Shown here in pieces: positions 54,525-63,389 of a DNA stretch of 64,000 nucleotides. The stretch covers positions 1,169 to 65,168 of the forward strand of contig CAZHFF010000004.1 in NCBI GenBank assembly GCA_964531785.1, given 5' to 3'. Below the pieces are notes generated by a model. That model did not search any database. It had not been told where the DNA came from and was given only the letters and a program-made list of their open reading frames with translations. A program made the translations under genes and the position numbers. The DNA comes from an uncultured Candidatus Saccharibacteria bacterium (GTDB taxonomy: Bacteria; Patescibacteriota; Minisyncoccia; Phycocordibacterales; UBA12088). The stretch's first letter is position 1, and every line of letters begins with the position of its first letter.

Positions 54525-55799
54525 ATGAATCATTCATTGCAGTGGCGGACGGAAACACGCAAGGTCGACGACCTCGTGCCGAACGCCAAGAACCCCCGCT
54601 CCCTCTCGGCTAAGCAGAAGGCTGACCTTGAGGCGAGCATTACCAAATTCAATCTCGTCGAGATCCCTGCCGTGAACACGGACAATCAGGTGCTTGCGGG
54701 ACACCAGCGGCTCAAGATCATGAAAGCCCTCGGACGCGGACAGGAAGAAATCGATGTCCGAGTCCCAGACCGGACGCTGACCGAAAAGGAGTGCGAGGAG
54801 TACATGCTCCGCTCCAACCGCAACACCGGATCGTGGGATATGGAGATGCTCCAGGCCTTCGATACGGAGTTCCTCCTCGACATCGGCTTCGACGACGCAG
54901 ATCTCTCCGACATCTGGGACGATGTGCTTGAAATCGAAGACGACGAGTTCGACGAGGAGAAAGAGGTTGAGGAAGCCAAAGACACGGACATTAAGCCCGG
55001 TGACCGCTTCCAACTCGGCAAGCACAAGCTCATCTGCGGCGACTCGACCGACGAGACAGTCGTAAAGACGCTCACGGGCGAGGATCTCGCTGATCTTGTC
55101 TACGTAGACATCCCCTATAATATCGGCCTCGATTACGACAAAGGAGTTGGCGGAGACAAGACGTATGGCGGCGATGTCGATGACAAGAAATCGAAGCCGG
55201 AGTACCGCAAATTCGTGGAGACGCTGATGCGAAACTCGCTCATGGTCTCGGCGAAGGACTCACACCATATCTGGTACCACGATGCTCGCTATACCGGAAT
55301 GATGCAGTCTCTCTTCGAGGAGGTCGGCATCAAGTACAAGCGCACCTGCCTCTGGATCAAGAATGGCATCAACCCAACCCCGAAGACGGCATTTTCGAAG
55401 ATGTACGAACCTGCCCTTTACGGCGTGAAGGGACGACCGTACCTCTCAGAGAAGCACACCAAGTTCGGCGAGATCTTGAACAAGGAGATCGGTATCGGCA
55501 ACGCGACCATCGACGACATCACAGACATGATCGACATCTGGCTTGCGAAGCGCGACGCGGGTCAGGACTACGAGCACCCGACACAGAAGCCATTGTCGCT
55601 CCATGAGCGGCCGCTCTCCCGTTGCACCAAGATCGGTGATGTGGTCTTGGATCTCTGCGGTGGTAGCGGCTCAACCTTGCTTGCATGCGAGCAGATGCGC
55701 CGCCGGGCCTTATTGGTCGAAAAGAACCCAGTGTTTTGTCAGGTAATCGTCAACCGCTATGAAAAATTCACCGGAGACAAAGCAGCCAAGATCGATTAA
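54525..55799 (+). CDS. ParB-like nuclease domain fused to beta-class N6A/N4C DNA methyltransferase (phage type)
   Basis: NPRSLSAKQ and LAGHQRLKIMKALG (ParB/Srx fold); motif IV VDIPYNIG precedes HPTQKP and motif I LDLCGGSGSTLLACE. Confidence 0.85.
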   Translation: MNHSLQWRTETRKVDDLVPNAKNPRSLSAKQKADLEASITKFNLVEIPAVNTDNQVLAGHQRLKIMKALGRGQEEIDVRVPDRTLTEKECEEYMLRSNRNTGSWDMEMLQAFDTEFLLDIGFDDADLSDIWDDVLEIEDDEFDEEKEVEEAKDTDIKPGDRFQLGKHKLICGDSTDETVVKTLTGEDLADLVYVDIPYNIGLDYDKGVGGDKTYGGDVDDKKSKPEYRKFVETLMRNSLMVSAKDSHHIWYHDARYTGMMQSLFEEVGIKYKRTCLWIKNGINPTPKTAFSKMYEPALYGVKGRPYLSEKHTKFGEILNKEIGIGNATIDDITDMIDIWLAKRDAGQDYEHPTQKPLSLHERPLSRCTKIGDVVLDLCGGSGSTLLACEQMRRRALLVEKNPVFCQVIVNRYEKFTGDKAAKID

Positions 55800-56553
55800 G
55801 CGCGGCGATGTGATCGCCCTCGGGGAGCACTTCCTCATCTGCGAGAACGCCGAGACGTGGTGGTTCGGCAACTACATCCAGGGCGAGGTCGACATGATCC
55901 TCACCGACCCTCCCTACGGGGTCGACTACGCCGCTTCCAAGCGCGGACTTGGCAAGATCGCCAAGGACAAGGACATCGAGAACGATGGATTCATGGACGA
56001 CGAGGTATACATCGACTTCTCGCGCCGCTGGCTTGAGGCGGTCGTACCGTTTCTTGCCGCGAAGAACAGCGTCTACGTCTTCAACTCGGACAAGATGATC
56101 TTCGCGCTTCGCGAGGCGTTCCTCGAGGTCGGACTGAAAGTAGCCCAGCTCATCGTGTGGGTGAAGAGCCAGCCCGTCATCGGCCGTCTCGACTACCTGC
56201 CCCAGCACGAGCTCATCATGTATGGCTGGAGCGGGACGCATGAATTCCGCAGAGGCAAGGACAAGTCGGTGGTGTTCGAGAAGAAGCCGCGCCGGAGCGG
56301 CCTCCACCCGACAATGAAGCCAATTCCACTCCTTCGCAGGCTTATCTTGAATAGCACGCGGGTCGGCGACACAGTGTATGACCCGTTCGGCGGAAGCGGG
56401 TCGACGCTCATTGCGTGCGAGCAGACGAAGCGCCGGTGCATCATGGTCGAGATCGATCCGGAGTACTGCGAGACGATCGTGAAGCGGTGGGAGAAGCTGA
56501 CCGGACATGGCGCGCAAATCGTCAGATCGGACCCTGAAGAGCCAGCGGTCTAA
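55759..56553 (+). CDS. Beta-class N6A/N4C DNA methyltransferase
   Basis: Motif IV ILTDPPYGVDY, HPTMKP, motif I DPFGGSGSTLIACE. C-terminal 65 aa clearly paralogous to the upstream gene; 41-nt overlap. Confidence 0.85.
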   Translation: MKNSPETKQPRSIKRGDVIALGEHFLICENAETWWFGNYIQGEVDMILTDPPYGVDYAASKRGLGKIAKDKDIENDGFMDDEVYIDFSRRWLEAVVPFLAAKNSVYVFNSDKMIFALREAFLEVGLKVAQLIVWVKSQPVIGRLDYLPQHELIMYGWSGTHEFRRGKDKSVVFEKKPRRSGLHPTMKPIPLLRRLILNSTRVGDTVYDPFGGSGSTLIACEQTKRRCIMVEIDPEYCETIVKRWEKLTGHGAQIVRSDPEEPAV

Positions 56554-56941
56554 GGAGAAACTCCTTGGCTTCCTGCGAGACTCCGGCAATATCTCATACT
56601 CGTGCAAGCGGGCGGGTATTTCGCGCGAGGCGTACTATCTGTGGCGAGAAGATGAGGTATTCGCACTTGAGGCTGATGAAGCCATCGCATTCGGCAAGGA
56701 CTTCGTGAATGATTTGGCGCACACGCAACTCATTCAGAACATCCAGCAGGGCAACATGGGTGCGGTGAAGTTCCAGCTCGCGAGCTGCCATCCCGACTAC
56801 CAGCCAAGGAAGCCGTGGCCTCGAGAGCCGAAGGATCTGCTACCGCCTGTTACCGAGATCCACATTCACGAGATCGATCCAGCAAAGGTTAGAGTTGAGC
56901 GGGCTGAGGTGCGGAAGGACGCTGAAGAGAAGAGGCAATAG
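56507..56941 (+). CDS. Phage small-terminase-like helix-turn-helix protein
   Basis: KEKLLGFLRDSGNISYSCKRAGISREAYYLWREDEVFALEADEAI matches the N-terminal HTH pattern of small terminase/HTH phage proteins; 47-nt overlap with upstream gene. Confidence 0.55.
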   Translation: MARKSSDRTLKSQRSKEKLLGFLRDSGNISYSCKRAGISREAYYLWREDEVFALEADEAIAFGKDFVNDLAHTQLIQNIQQGNMGAVKFQLASCHPDYQPRKPWPREPKDLLPPVTEIHIHEIDPAKVRVERAEVRKDAEEKRQ

Positions 56942-57659
56942 TTTCGGCTATGGCCTTCCAGTCCGACTTTGACATCCCGAAGGATGTTGCGTGAGGGACC
57001 ACGGCATACACGGTGTCGTGGCCTTTCGCTATGTGAAGTTTCTTCGGGATGACTTCTTGAAATGGAACACTGGCGATCTGTTGCCAGTCTGAGAGATAGG
57101 TGCGGGAGTAAAAGAACACGAGCTTGGGTCTGTGTTTTTGGATAAGAGTGTGGAGTTCGCGGACGCGCTGTGGTTTGTATGTGACAAGATATTCCTTCCG
57201 CGTAGTTAGTCCTTCAACGCCAGAATCCGCATACAACCAGTCGCTTTCCTTGATCGACTTTGACGGAAGCGGCATAAGTTCGAGAACAGCGTGATCAGCG
57301 GTCTTTCGTCCGAACTGCTTGATTTGGTACTGGCGTATCTCTTCAAGGGTCGGTTCCCCTGTCTGGAGATACAGCTGAATATATATGAGCGGGCGGTATG
57401 TTGGCTGGGTCGGCGCATTCTCCTCGAACCAATAGACATGGCCGGGATCTACTCGAAGGTCTTCGTATATATCAAAAACGGCCGCATGGGCGGTCGCTTT
57501 AAAACGCTCGAAAAGAATCTCGTTCGTTTCGTTGTATCCCTCTTCCATGCCAACGAACCACGTATCGCTAGCGAGGTTGCCGTATCCCCAGAAGTTCTTT
57601 ATTCGTTCTCGGATTAATACCTTGAAGTCGTCTCCGAACGGAGACTGATTGTTGTTCAT
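56889..57659 (-). CDS. 256-aa protein, possibly uracil-DNA-glycosylase-superfamily fold (tentative)
   Basis: TWFVGMEEGYNE at residues ~33-44 where UDG family 4/5 has GE(A/C)PG. LELMPLPS mid-protein. RPKLVFFYSRT and VVPHATSFGMS near the C-terminus where UDGs have HPS. Pattern only, not verified. Confidence 0.3.
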   Translation of the reverse strand: MNNNQSPFGDDFKVLIRERIKNFWGYGNLASDTWFVGMEEGYNETNEILFERFKATAHAAVFDIYEDLRVDPGHVYWFEENAPTQPTYRPLIYIQLYLQTGEPTLEEIRQYQIKQFGRKTADHAVLELMPLPSKSIKESDWLYADSGVEGLTTRKEYLVTYKPQRVRELHTLIQKHRPKLVFFYSRTYLSDWQQIASVPFQEVIPKKLHIAKGHDTVYAVVPHATSFGMSKSDWKAIAETIASSLQRPSAPQPAQL

Positions 57660-57663
57660 ATGC

Positions 57664-57799
57664 CCTTAGCCGGTTTTTTATTTGGGCGGGTAGCAGAAAG
57701 CCCGCCACTGGGAGCTCTATCCTTTCGGACAGAACGCAGGAGTTTCCCCCTACGACCGGCTAAGGAACCCCAATGACGGGTTTTCTACTCCTTAGCCGG
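57664..57799 (-). promoter_or_regulatory. Alternating triple 10-mer RNA element overlapping the SD of 56889..57659
   Basis: Plus strand: CCTTAGCCGG (57664-57673), CCGGCTAAGG (57756-57765), CCTTAGCCGG (57790-57799). In the minus-sense mRNA the middle copy can pair with either outer copy. The 3' copy contains AAGG 4 nt before the ATG. Confidence 0.55.
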
Positions 57800-57922
57800 A
57801 TTTTTTGCGCCATACCCTAGGGTTGCTAGGGGTTAGGCGACTATATTCAATTGTACGAGGACAATGATAGCAAAATTGCTACCGTTTGGCACTCTAGCTT
57901 ACATATGAAGGGTTGCGAAGTG

Positions 57923-58609
57923 CTACTTACCAACAGCTTCTGTTTTCACAGCGCCATCCTTGGTTAAAGCCCACCCCTGCATATAACTGAACAGGATTCC
58001 TGTTATCTCAAAAAATGCACGCACTGCTTCTAAATAATCGCGCTCCTTAATAAAGCCATCAGAAGCGCTGACCTTCATATGGAAGGTCCCATCGCTCTCG
58101 AGTTTTCCAAGGCTGTTGAAGATATGCTTTTCTGAGAGGTGGACATATCCTGATGTATGTTCGTAAACACTTGTCATAACTGGATACTTTTCTGCCAATT
58201 TATTAACCAAGTATCGATCGGTCATAGGGTTCCCATCTCTGTCTTTTAATTTCCGGATATGCGTGCCTCTGAGCACTTCCGTAGAAAATTCATGAGGATC
58301 CTCTGCAAGCCACGCGCCATGGAATCTAAGTAGATTATCTAATTGCAACCTCAAGAGTGGTGCTGCCGCAACGAAATTCTTGCGTTCAATTAGGTCGCAA
58401 AATCCAGTGAGCAAGCAGAGGGACCGATTAAGTACTGCTATGGCAAGCAGGTCTAGCGCATACATATTGCCCGATGCGGCTTGCATAATCTTCACCCCCA
58501 TCTTTTGATGCTCATCAGCAATTTTTCTCAGATTCTCAACTGATGTATTTACATTATTCATTTCTCCCTGGGTTCTTAAAAAGTTGAACGGCTTCTTTCT
58601 GCTTGTCAT
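57923..58609 (-). CDS. Helical partner protein of the KAP NTPase (unknown family, loosely DUF5677-like)
   Basis: Overlaps the KAP 3' end by 56 nt (ATG 58609) or 8 nt (ATG 58561, ATGAATAA, preceded by GGGAGAA). Region AAPLLRLQLDNLLRFHGAWLAEDP...SGYVHLSEKH; no catalytic motif recognised. Confidence 0.7.
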   Translation of the reverse strand: MTSRKKPFNFLRTQGEMNNVNTSVENLRKIADEHQKMGVKIMQAASGNMYALDLLAIAVLNRSLCLLTGFCDLIERKNFVAAAPLLRLQLDNLLRFHGAWLAEDPHEFSTEVLRGTHIRKLKDRDGNPMTDRYLVNKLAEKYPVMTSVYEHTSGYVHLSEKHIFNSLGKLESDGTFHMKVSASDGFIKERDYLEAVRAFFEITGILFSYMQGWALTKDGAVKTEAVGK

Positions 58610-60602
58610 TCAGCTTTTCGACATCCTCGTCAGAAATTTCATTTACTAGCTTTGTTACTTCCTCGAGAGAGTAAAGGCCAGAAATAGAATCAAGATTTAT
58701 GGTGTTGTAGTTTCCGTTGGTTGAAAGTACCCTCCCAACGCATTTCTGTAGAAATTCCAGCAAACCATCACGCGTAGATATCCATCCCGCAATAAATTCA
58801 GATACCGCCTCTGGGGATGACCAATCCTTCCAGCGATAAAGGATAGCTAGTGCGTGCTCCTCCTTCTTAAGATTGCCGCTCTTGGCAGACTCAGCAGTCT
58901 TCTCAACCATTATCTTCTTTAGTTCTTCGGTGGTTGCGTCATCGAGCTTAATCTCGTTAGATCGCTTAGCATCTAGCATGACGCTCAATAAATGCACCGG
59001 GTGATAGATTCTCGTACTTGCCTTGAATAGATCTATCGCAAACTGATCGCGCTCGCTTTCCGGAATAGTCAATAACGCGTGGTATCCGAATCGCATGATT
59101 TGAGTATCGACATCATCGAAATCGAAAATTGCCTCGCGCTGCTCTCTGATTTCGTCTTCAAGCTCCCAGAGCGTTAGTAGTATATTCCGTACTTTATCCT
59201 TGCCTAAATCTGATCGACGGACGAGTAAGCGGCGCAAAATACGCCGGATATTCTTATCTTCTTTTGCCTTCAGAATTGCCGACTTGAATCCTTCGGCATC
59301 GCCTGCGATGTCAATAATTTCTTGGACACGACCTTCAGACACTTCCCCAGTTGGAACTCCAAGCTGGAAGTAGAATTTGAAACGATTCGGATGCGTAATC
59401 ATCATCTCTTTTTCCTGTGTATCCTCGCTATAAGTGCCACCGCCACCAACTCGAGGGAATAAATATCCGCAAACTTCATTGATTGCATCCCGTTCCTTTG
59501 GAGAAGTGAATTCCTCTAGTAACGCTTTGTAACGTTCCATTCTCGCTTGTTGTGCTCTGCTGTCATCACCAAAGAAGCTCTTCGCTTTATAAGACTGGAT
59601 GAAAATATCTTCGTTCGCTGGAATGGCGTTATAGAAAAGCGGGGCAAAAACTCTGATTGCTTCTATGCCGAGGAAATCAATCTTGTTAACATCTGCTGTT
59701 CCGACAACAGACCAATCGAGCCGCAACGAGCTTATGTAACGTTTGATATCTCTGACGGACTTAAAAAGATCTCCGAATCCGTGATAAAGGAGCTCTGACC
59801 ATCGGTCTTCTTCGCGCTTTCCATCCAAGATCGGTTTATCCTGGTAGAACTTACCGATAGTCTTATCTAGCTCCGTAAAGAGAATGGTGCGAATATCATC
59901 CTGATCAGGCATTGGGAGCGTGAACGCGACTTGGACGATTTTTCTCAGATAATCTCCGCCGATTATTCCTGCCTCTTTATCTGTAATTCTCTTCTCGACC
60001 TGTTCTCGATCGTATGAAAGAACGAATATAGTGTTCTGGAAGTTGGCAGTCAGTTTGACGAGCTTGAATATGAGTTTTGTTTCCCTTTGATCGAGACGAT
60101 CTATATCATCGATAACAACTACGATTTTCTTATTGACCTTAGACAGCTCCCTGTCTAAATCTCTCCGCAAACTTTGCAGAGATTGGTCTTTAGTGAAAAG
60201 GCTGAAGAAGAATCTAAGTAACTTTCCCCAGAAGCCGAGTTCGTCTATTAAATCAATGTTGGCAATCTTTGCCGCATAATTTCTTACCTTCTCTCCCAGA
60301 CCTTTACCCACTACATCTTCAACGGCGCTAGAGAGCTGGATGAAGAAGTCTCGCAAGAGAGATGCTTCATCTGAGAAATGCCATGGGTTGAATATGAAAT
60401 ATGATGCTTTGTCGGCATCAATGTCGTTTAGAATGAGATTAATAAAGGATGTTTTTCCTGAACCCCAAGCTCCTTCAATCCCAATTACAAAACTCTCTTT
60501 CTCTTCAAAGTCGTTTATGGTTTCGGCGATTTTTTTCGCTAAGGGAGCTCGCCTTAATCTATCCTGCTCTGTATTAGCAATTGGATAATCAAGAAGAATC
60601 AT
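58554..60602 (-). CDS. KAP-family P-loop NTPase
   Basis: EQDRLRRAPLAKKIAETI, Walker A GIEGAWGSGKTSFINL, FNPWHF, Walker B KIVVVIDDIDRL, SYDRE; long helical C-terminal region. Confidence 0.85.
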   Translation of the reverse strand: MILLDYPIANTEQDRLRRAPLAKKIAETINDFEEKESFVIGIEGAWGSGKTSFINLILNDIDADKASYFIFNPWHFSDEASLLRDFFIQLSSAVEDVVGKGLGEKVRNYAAKIANIDLIDELGFWGKLLRFFFSLFTKDQSLQSLRRDLDRELSKVNKKIVVVIDDIDRLDQRETKLIFKLVKLTANFQNTIFVLSYDREQVEKRITDKEAGIIGGDYLRKIVQVAFTLPMPDQDDIRTILFTELDKTIGKFYQDKPILDGKREEDRWSELLYHGFGDLFKSVRDIKRYISSLRLDWSVVGTADVNKIDFLGIEAIRVFAPLFYNAIPANEDIFIQSYKAKSFFGDDSRAQQARMERYKALLEEFTSPKERDAINEVCGYLFPRVGGGGTYSEDTQEKEMMITHPNRFKFYFQLGVPTGEVSEGRVQEIIDIAGDAEGFKSAILKAKEDKNIRRILRRLLVRRSDLGKDKVRNILLTLWELEDEIREQREAIFDFDDVDTQIMRFGYHALLTIPESERDQFAIDLFKASTRIYHPVHLLSVMLDAKRSNEIKLDDATTEELKKIMVEKTAESAKSGNLKKEEHALAILYRWKDWSSPEAVSEFIAGWISTRDGLLEFLQKCVGRVLSTNGNYNTINLDSISGLYSLEEVTKLVNEISDEDVEKLNDKQKEAVQLFKNPGRNE

Positions 60603-60694
60603 GGTTTTGTAATTTTAGCATTTTGAGCAAAGTTGAGCATTTCTTGTACTACGGTCTAATCTTTTCGAGTTATCAACAGTTTATTTTAGGAGCA

Positions 60695-60713
60695 GATATC
60701 ATAATATGATATC
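60695..60713. promoter_or_regulatory. Perfect 19-nt palindrome (candidate operator) between divergent KAP and methyltransferase genes
   Basis: GATATCATAATATGATATC, 9 nt upstream of ATG 60723; contains -10-like CATAAT/TATGAT on both strands. Confidence 0.5.
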
Positions 60714-60722
60714 CTTTACCAT

Positions 60723-63389
60723 ATGAGTGAGACTTTGAGTGCTAAACAGATCTTTAAGGCGGTTTACTTCCCTGACAATAGGGACGAAAGAGCAAAATCA
60801 AAGTCTCTAACCCTCGCCTTTTCGGAGAACGAAAAGGATATCTACGATTCTATTAAGTACCTCTCTAGCCACGAGATCAGAAAAGCTCTCGGAGTAGGAA
60901 CTTTAGACCTTTTGGAACAGTGTGCCACGCGCGAAGGTTTACCTTTAAACCGCTACTGCATATGGAAACTCAAGAAGGAACTTAATGACGAAAGGAAGGA
61001 AACGAATAAAATCAATTTTGATCCAGCTCACACCACGTTTCAAGGAGGTAAAGAGCTCCCTCTTCAAAATTGGTATCCCTATCTAGAGGGGTACTCACCT
61101 GACTTTGTAAGACATATTCTTAAAGACTATACCGGCCCGCGCACCAAAGTAATCTACGACCCTTTCTCTGGAACAGGCACAACTCCTATGGTATCCGCAG
61201 AACTCGGTTATCAGGCATATTACTCAGAAGTCAATCCATTACTACAGTTCTTAACTAGAGTTAAGACAAAAGCTAGAAATTCTAAGAATCGCAAGAAGGT
61301 TGCAGATGCTCTTGAAGCACTTGCAAAGACGCTAAAACGGGAAGTATTAAGCCAAACCGAGGACCAAGAACTCAAGAGAACATACGTAAGCACATTTGGT
61401 GAAAGCCAATTCTTCTCTGACAAAGTATTTACGTATGTTCTAAAGACAAGGACATATTTAAATCAGCTTTATTTTAAAGATATTCTCCTGTCTGAGCTCG
61501 CTACGGTGGCGGTACTTTCGAGCCTTGTTGAAAATTCTTATCTTAAGAGACAAGGAGATCTCAGGTTCAGGAGAGGAAAGGAATTTGAAGATCTAGAAAA
61601 GACGGACTACTTCGAGAGTGTTATTTCAAGACTGCATCGAATTGCAGAAGACTTGCGTGTCGTTGAGGAATGCACAGCCCCTGTCCTTATTACAGAGGAT
61701 GCTAGAACTATAGGAAAACTGCCCTATATTGGTATCGATGCTGTGATAACAAGTCCTCCCTATTTAAATGGGACGAACTATTTCCGTAATACAAAGGTAG
61801 AACTTTGGTTCCTAGGGTATTTAAAGAGTAAAGAGAATCTAAGTAATTATAGAAGACTTGCTGTGACGGCAGGCATAAATGACGTATCTCTCACAAATAA
61901 GAAAGCTGTCAGGAATAAAAAACTATCCAAATTACTCCTCGATCTTGAGGAGAAGGCTTATGACAAGAGAATTCCGAAGATGGTCAACGATTATTTTGCA
62001 GATATGGAGACCATCTTTAGAAATCTCAAAAAGCAACTGAAACCAAAAGCTATCTTGGCTATTGATCTGGGAGACTCGATATATGGCGGTGTTCACGTGC
62101 CAACCGATCAAATTTTGGTGTCGGTAATGGAGGAAATTGGATACTCTTTTGAAAAGGAGGTTGTTTTAAGGAAGCGACAGTCTAACAATGGACAAGAACT
62201 TAGGCAGGTCCTATTAATCTTTAGGAACGTGCCCTCTGCTACCAAAAACACTGCCACAAAGCCTGAATGGGAGAAGTCGTGGATCAAATTTAGAAACGAG
62301 CTGCCACACCAATCAGGAGAAATGGCAAAGCGTAACTGGGGCGACCCCCTACACTCCCTTTGTTCGTATCAAGGAAAATTGAAACCCTCAATTGCTCATC
62401 AGCTTGTCCGAACCTTTGTCCCTGAAGGTGGACGGCTGCTAGATATATTTGGTGGTGTTGGAACAATTCCACTAGAAGCCGCGTTACAGAATAAGCTAAG
62501 TTATTCATTCGATATTAGCCCGACTGCTGTGGCCATTTCCAGAGCAAAGTTGGATACACCTTCTCCTAAAAAAATTCAGCAAATAATTAAAGACCTTGGG
62601 GACTTTATAGATAGCAAGAAACTTCCGAAGGAAAAAATTGATTCTGCAGCAAAATTTGGTCTTAACAAGACAATAAAAGAATATTTCCATCCTAAGACGC
62701 TTGAGGAAATATTGTTGGCCCGCGAATTCTTCGCTAAGCATGATTATGCATCTTCTACCGAACATGCGCTTGTCATGTCCGCACTAATGCATATCCTGCA
62801 TGGGAATAGACCATATGCCCTCAGCAGGCGTTCACACGGGATTACTCCTTTCGCCCCTACTGGTGAGTTTGAATACAAGAACTTAATAGAAAAACTGAAC
62901 GAAAAAGTCGATCGTACGACCGCTCAGTTAGAGAGAGACAATTTCTGCTCAGGGAAAGTTTTCTTCCAAGATGCCACAAAAACATGGCCAGCAGAGGTAA
63001 AGGAACTTGATGCAATCATTACCAGCCCCCCTTTCTTCGATAGTACGAGGTTTTATTCAGCGAACTGGATGCGTCTCTGGTTTGCGGGTTGGGATCCAGC
63101 CCATTTCAAGACGGAGCCAGTCAACTTTGTTGATGAGTTACAGAAAAAAGACCTGTCTATATACGACGTTATCTTCATGCAGGCACGAGAGCGTCTAAAG
63201 GAAAACGGAGTCTTTGTTCTTCACCTAGGAAAGAATTCAAAGTGCGATATGGCAACCTCTCTCGCTGAGCGAGCACAGAGATGGTTCAATGTGCATAGTA
63301 TTTTTGAAGAAAGTGTCGAAGATGGAGAATCGCACGGAATTAAGGACAGGGGCGGAGTAACCAAGCACCAATACTTAGTGCTTACTTAA
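60723..63389 (+). CDS. Tandem two-domain DNA methyltransferase (two complete motif I...motif IV modules)
   Basis: Module 1: YDPFSGTGTTPMV (motif I) and ITSPPYLNGTNY (motif IV) ~200 aa later. Module 2: LDIFGGVGTIPLEA and IITSPPFFDSTRFY with the same spacing. Confidence 0.85.
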   Translation: MSETLSAKQIFKAVYFPDNRDERAKSKSLTLAFSENEKDIYDSIKYLSSHEIRKALGVGTLDLLEQCATREGLPLNRYCIWKLKKELNDERKETNKINFDPAHTTFQGGKELPLQNWYPYLEGYSPDFVRHILKDYTGPRTKVIYDPFSGTGTTPMVSAELGYQAYYSEVNPLLQFLTRVKTKARNSKNRKKVADALEALAKTLKREVLSQTEDQELKRTYVSTFGESQFFSDKVFTYVLKTRTYLNQLYFKDILLSELATVAVLSSLVENSYLKRQGDLRFRRGKEFEDLEKTDYFESVISRLHRIAEDLRVVEECTAPVLITEDARTIGKLPYIGIDAVITSPPYLNGTNYFRNTKVELWFLGYLKSKENLSNYRRLAVTAGINDVSLTNKKAVRNKKLSKLLLDLEEKAYDKRIPKMVNDYFADMETIFRNLKKQLKPKAILAIDLGDSIYGGVHVPTDQILVSVMEEIGYSFEKEVVLRKRQSNNGQELRQVLLIFRNVPSATKNTATKPEWEKSWIKFRNELPHQSGEMAKRNWGDPLHSLCSYQGKLKPSIAHQLVRTFVPEGGRLLDIFGGVGTIPLEAALQNKLSYSFDISPTAVAISRAKLDTPSPKKIQQIIKDLGDFIDSKKLPKEKIDSAAKFGLNKTIKEYFHPKTLEEILLAREFFAKHDYASSTEHALVMSALMHILHGNRPYALSRRSHGITPFAPTGEFEYKNLIEKLNEKVDRTTAQLERDNFCSGKVFFQDATKTWPAEVKELDAIITSPPFFDSTRFYSANWMRLWFAGWDPAHFKTEPVNFVDELQKKDLSIYDVIFMQARERLKENGVFVLHLGKNSKCDMATSLAERAQRWFNVHSIFEESVEDGESHGIKDRGGVTKHQYLVLT

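Noticed and set aside
56507-56941. Calling the whole 54.5-64 kb block one intact prophage or integrative element
   Set aside because: No integrase, large terminase, portal, capsid or tail genes, tRNA target or flanking direct repeats are visible. Composition changes within the block, so it looks like a mosaic of remnants.
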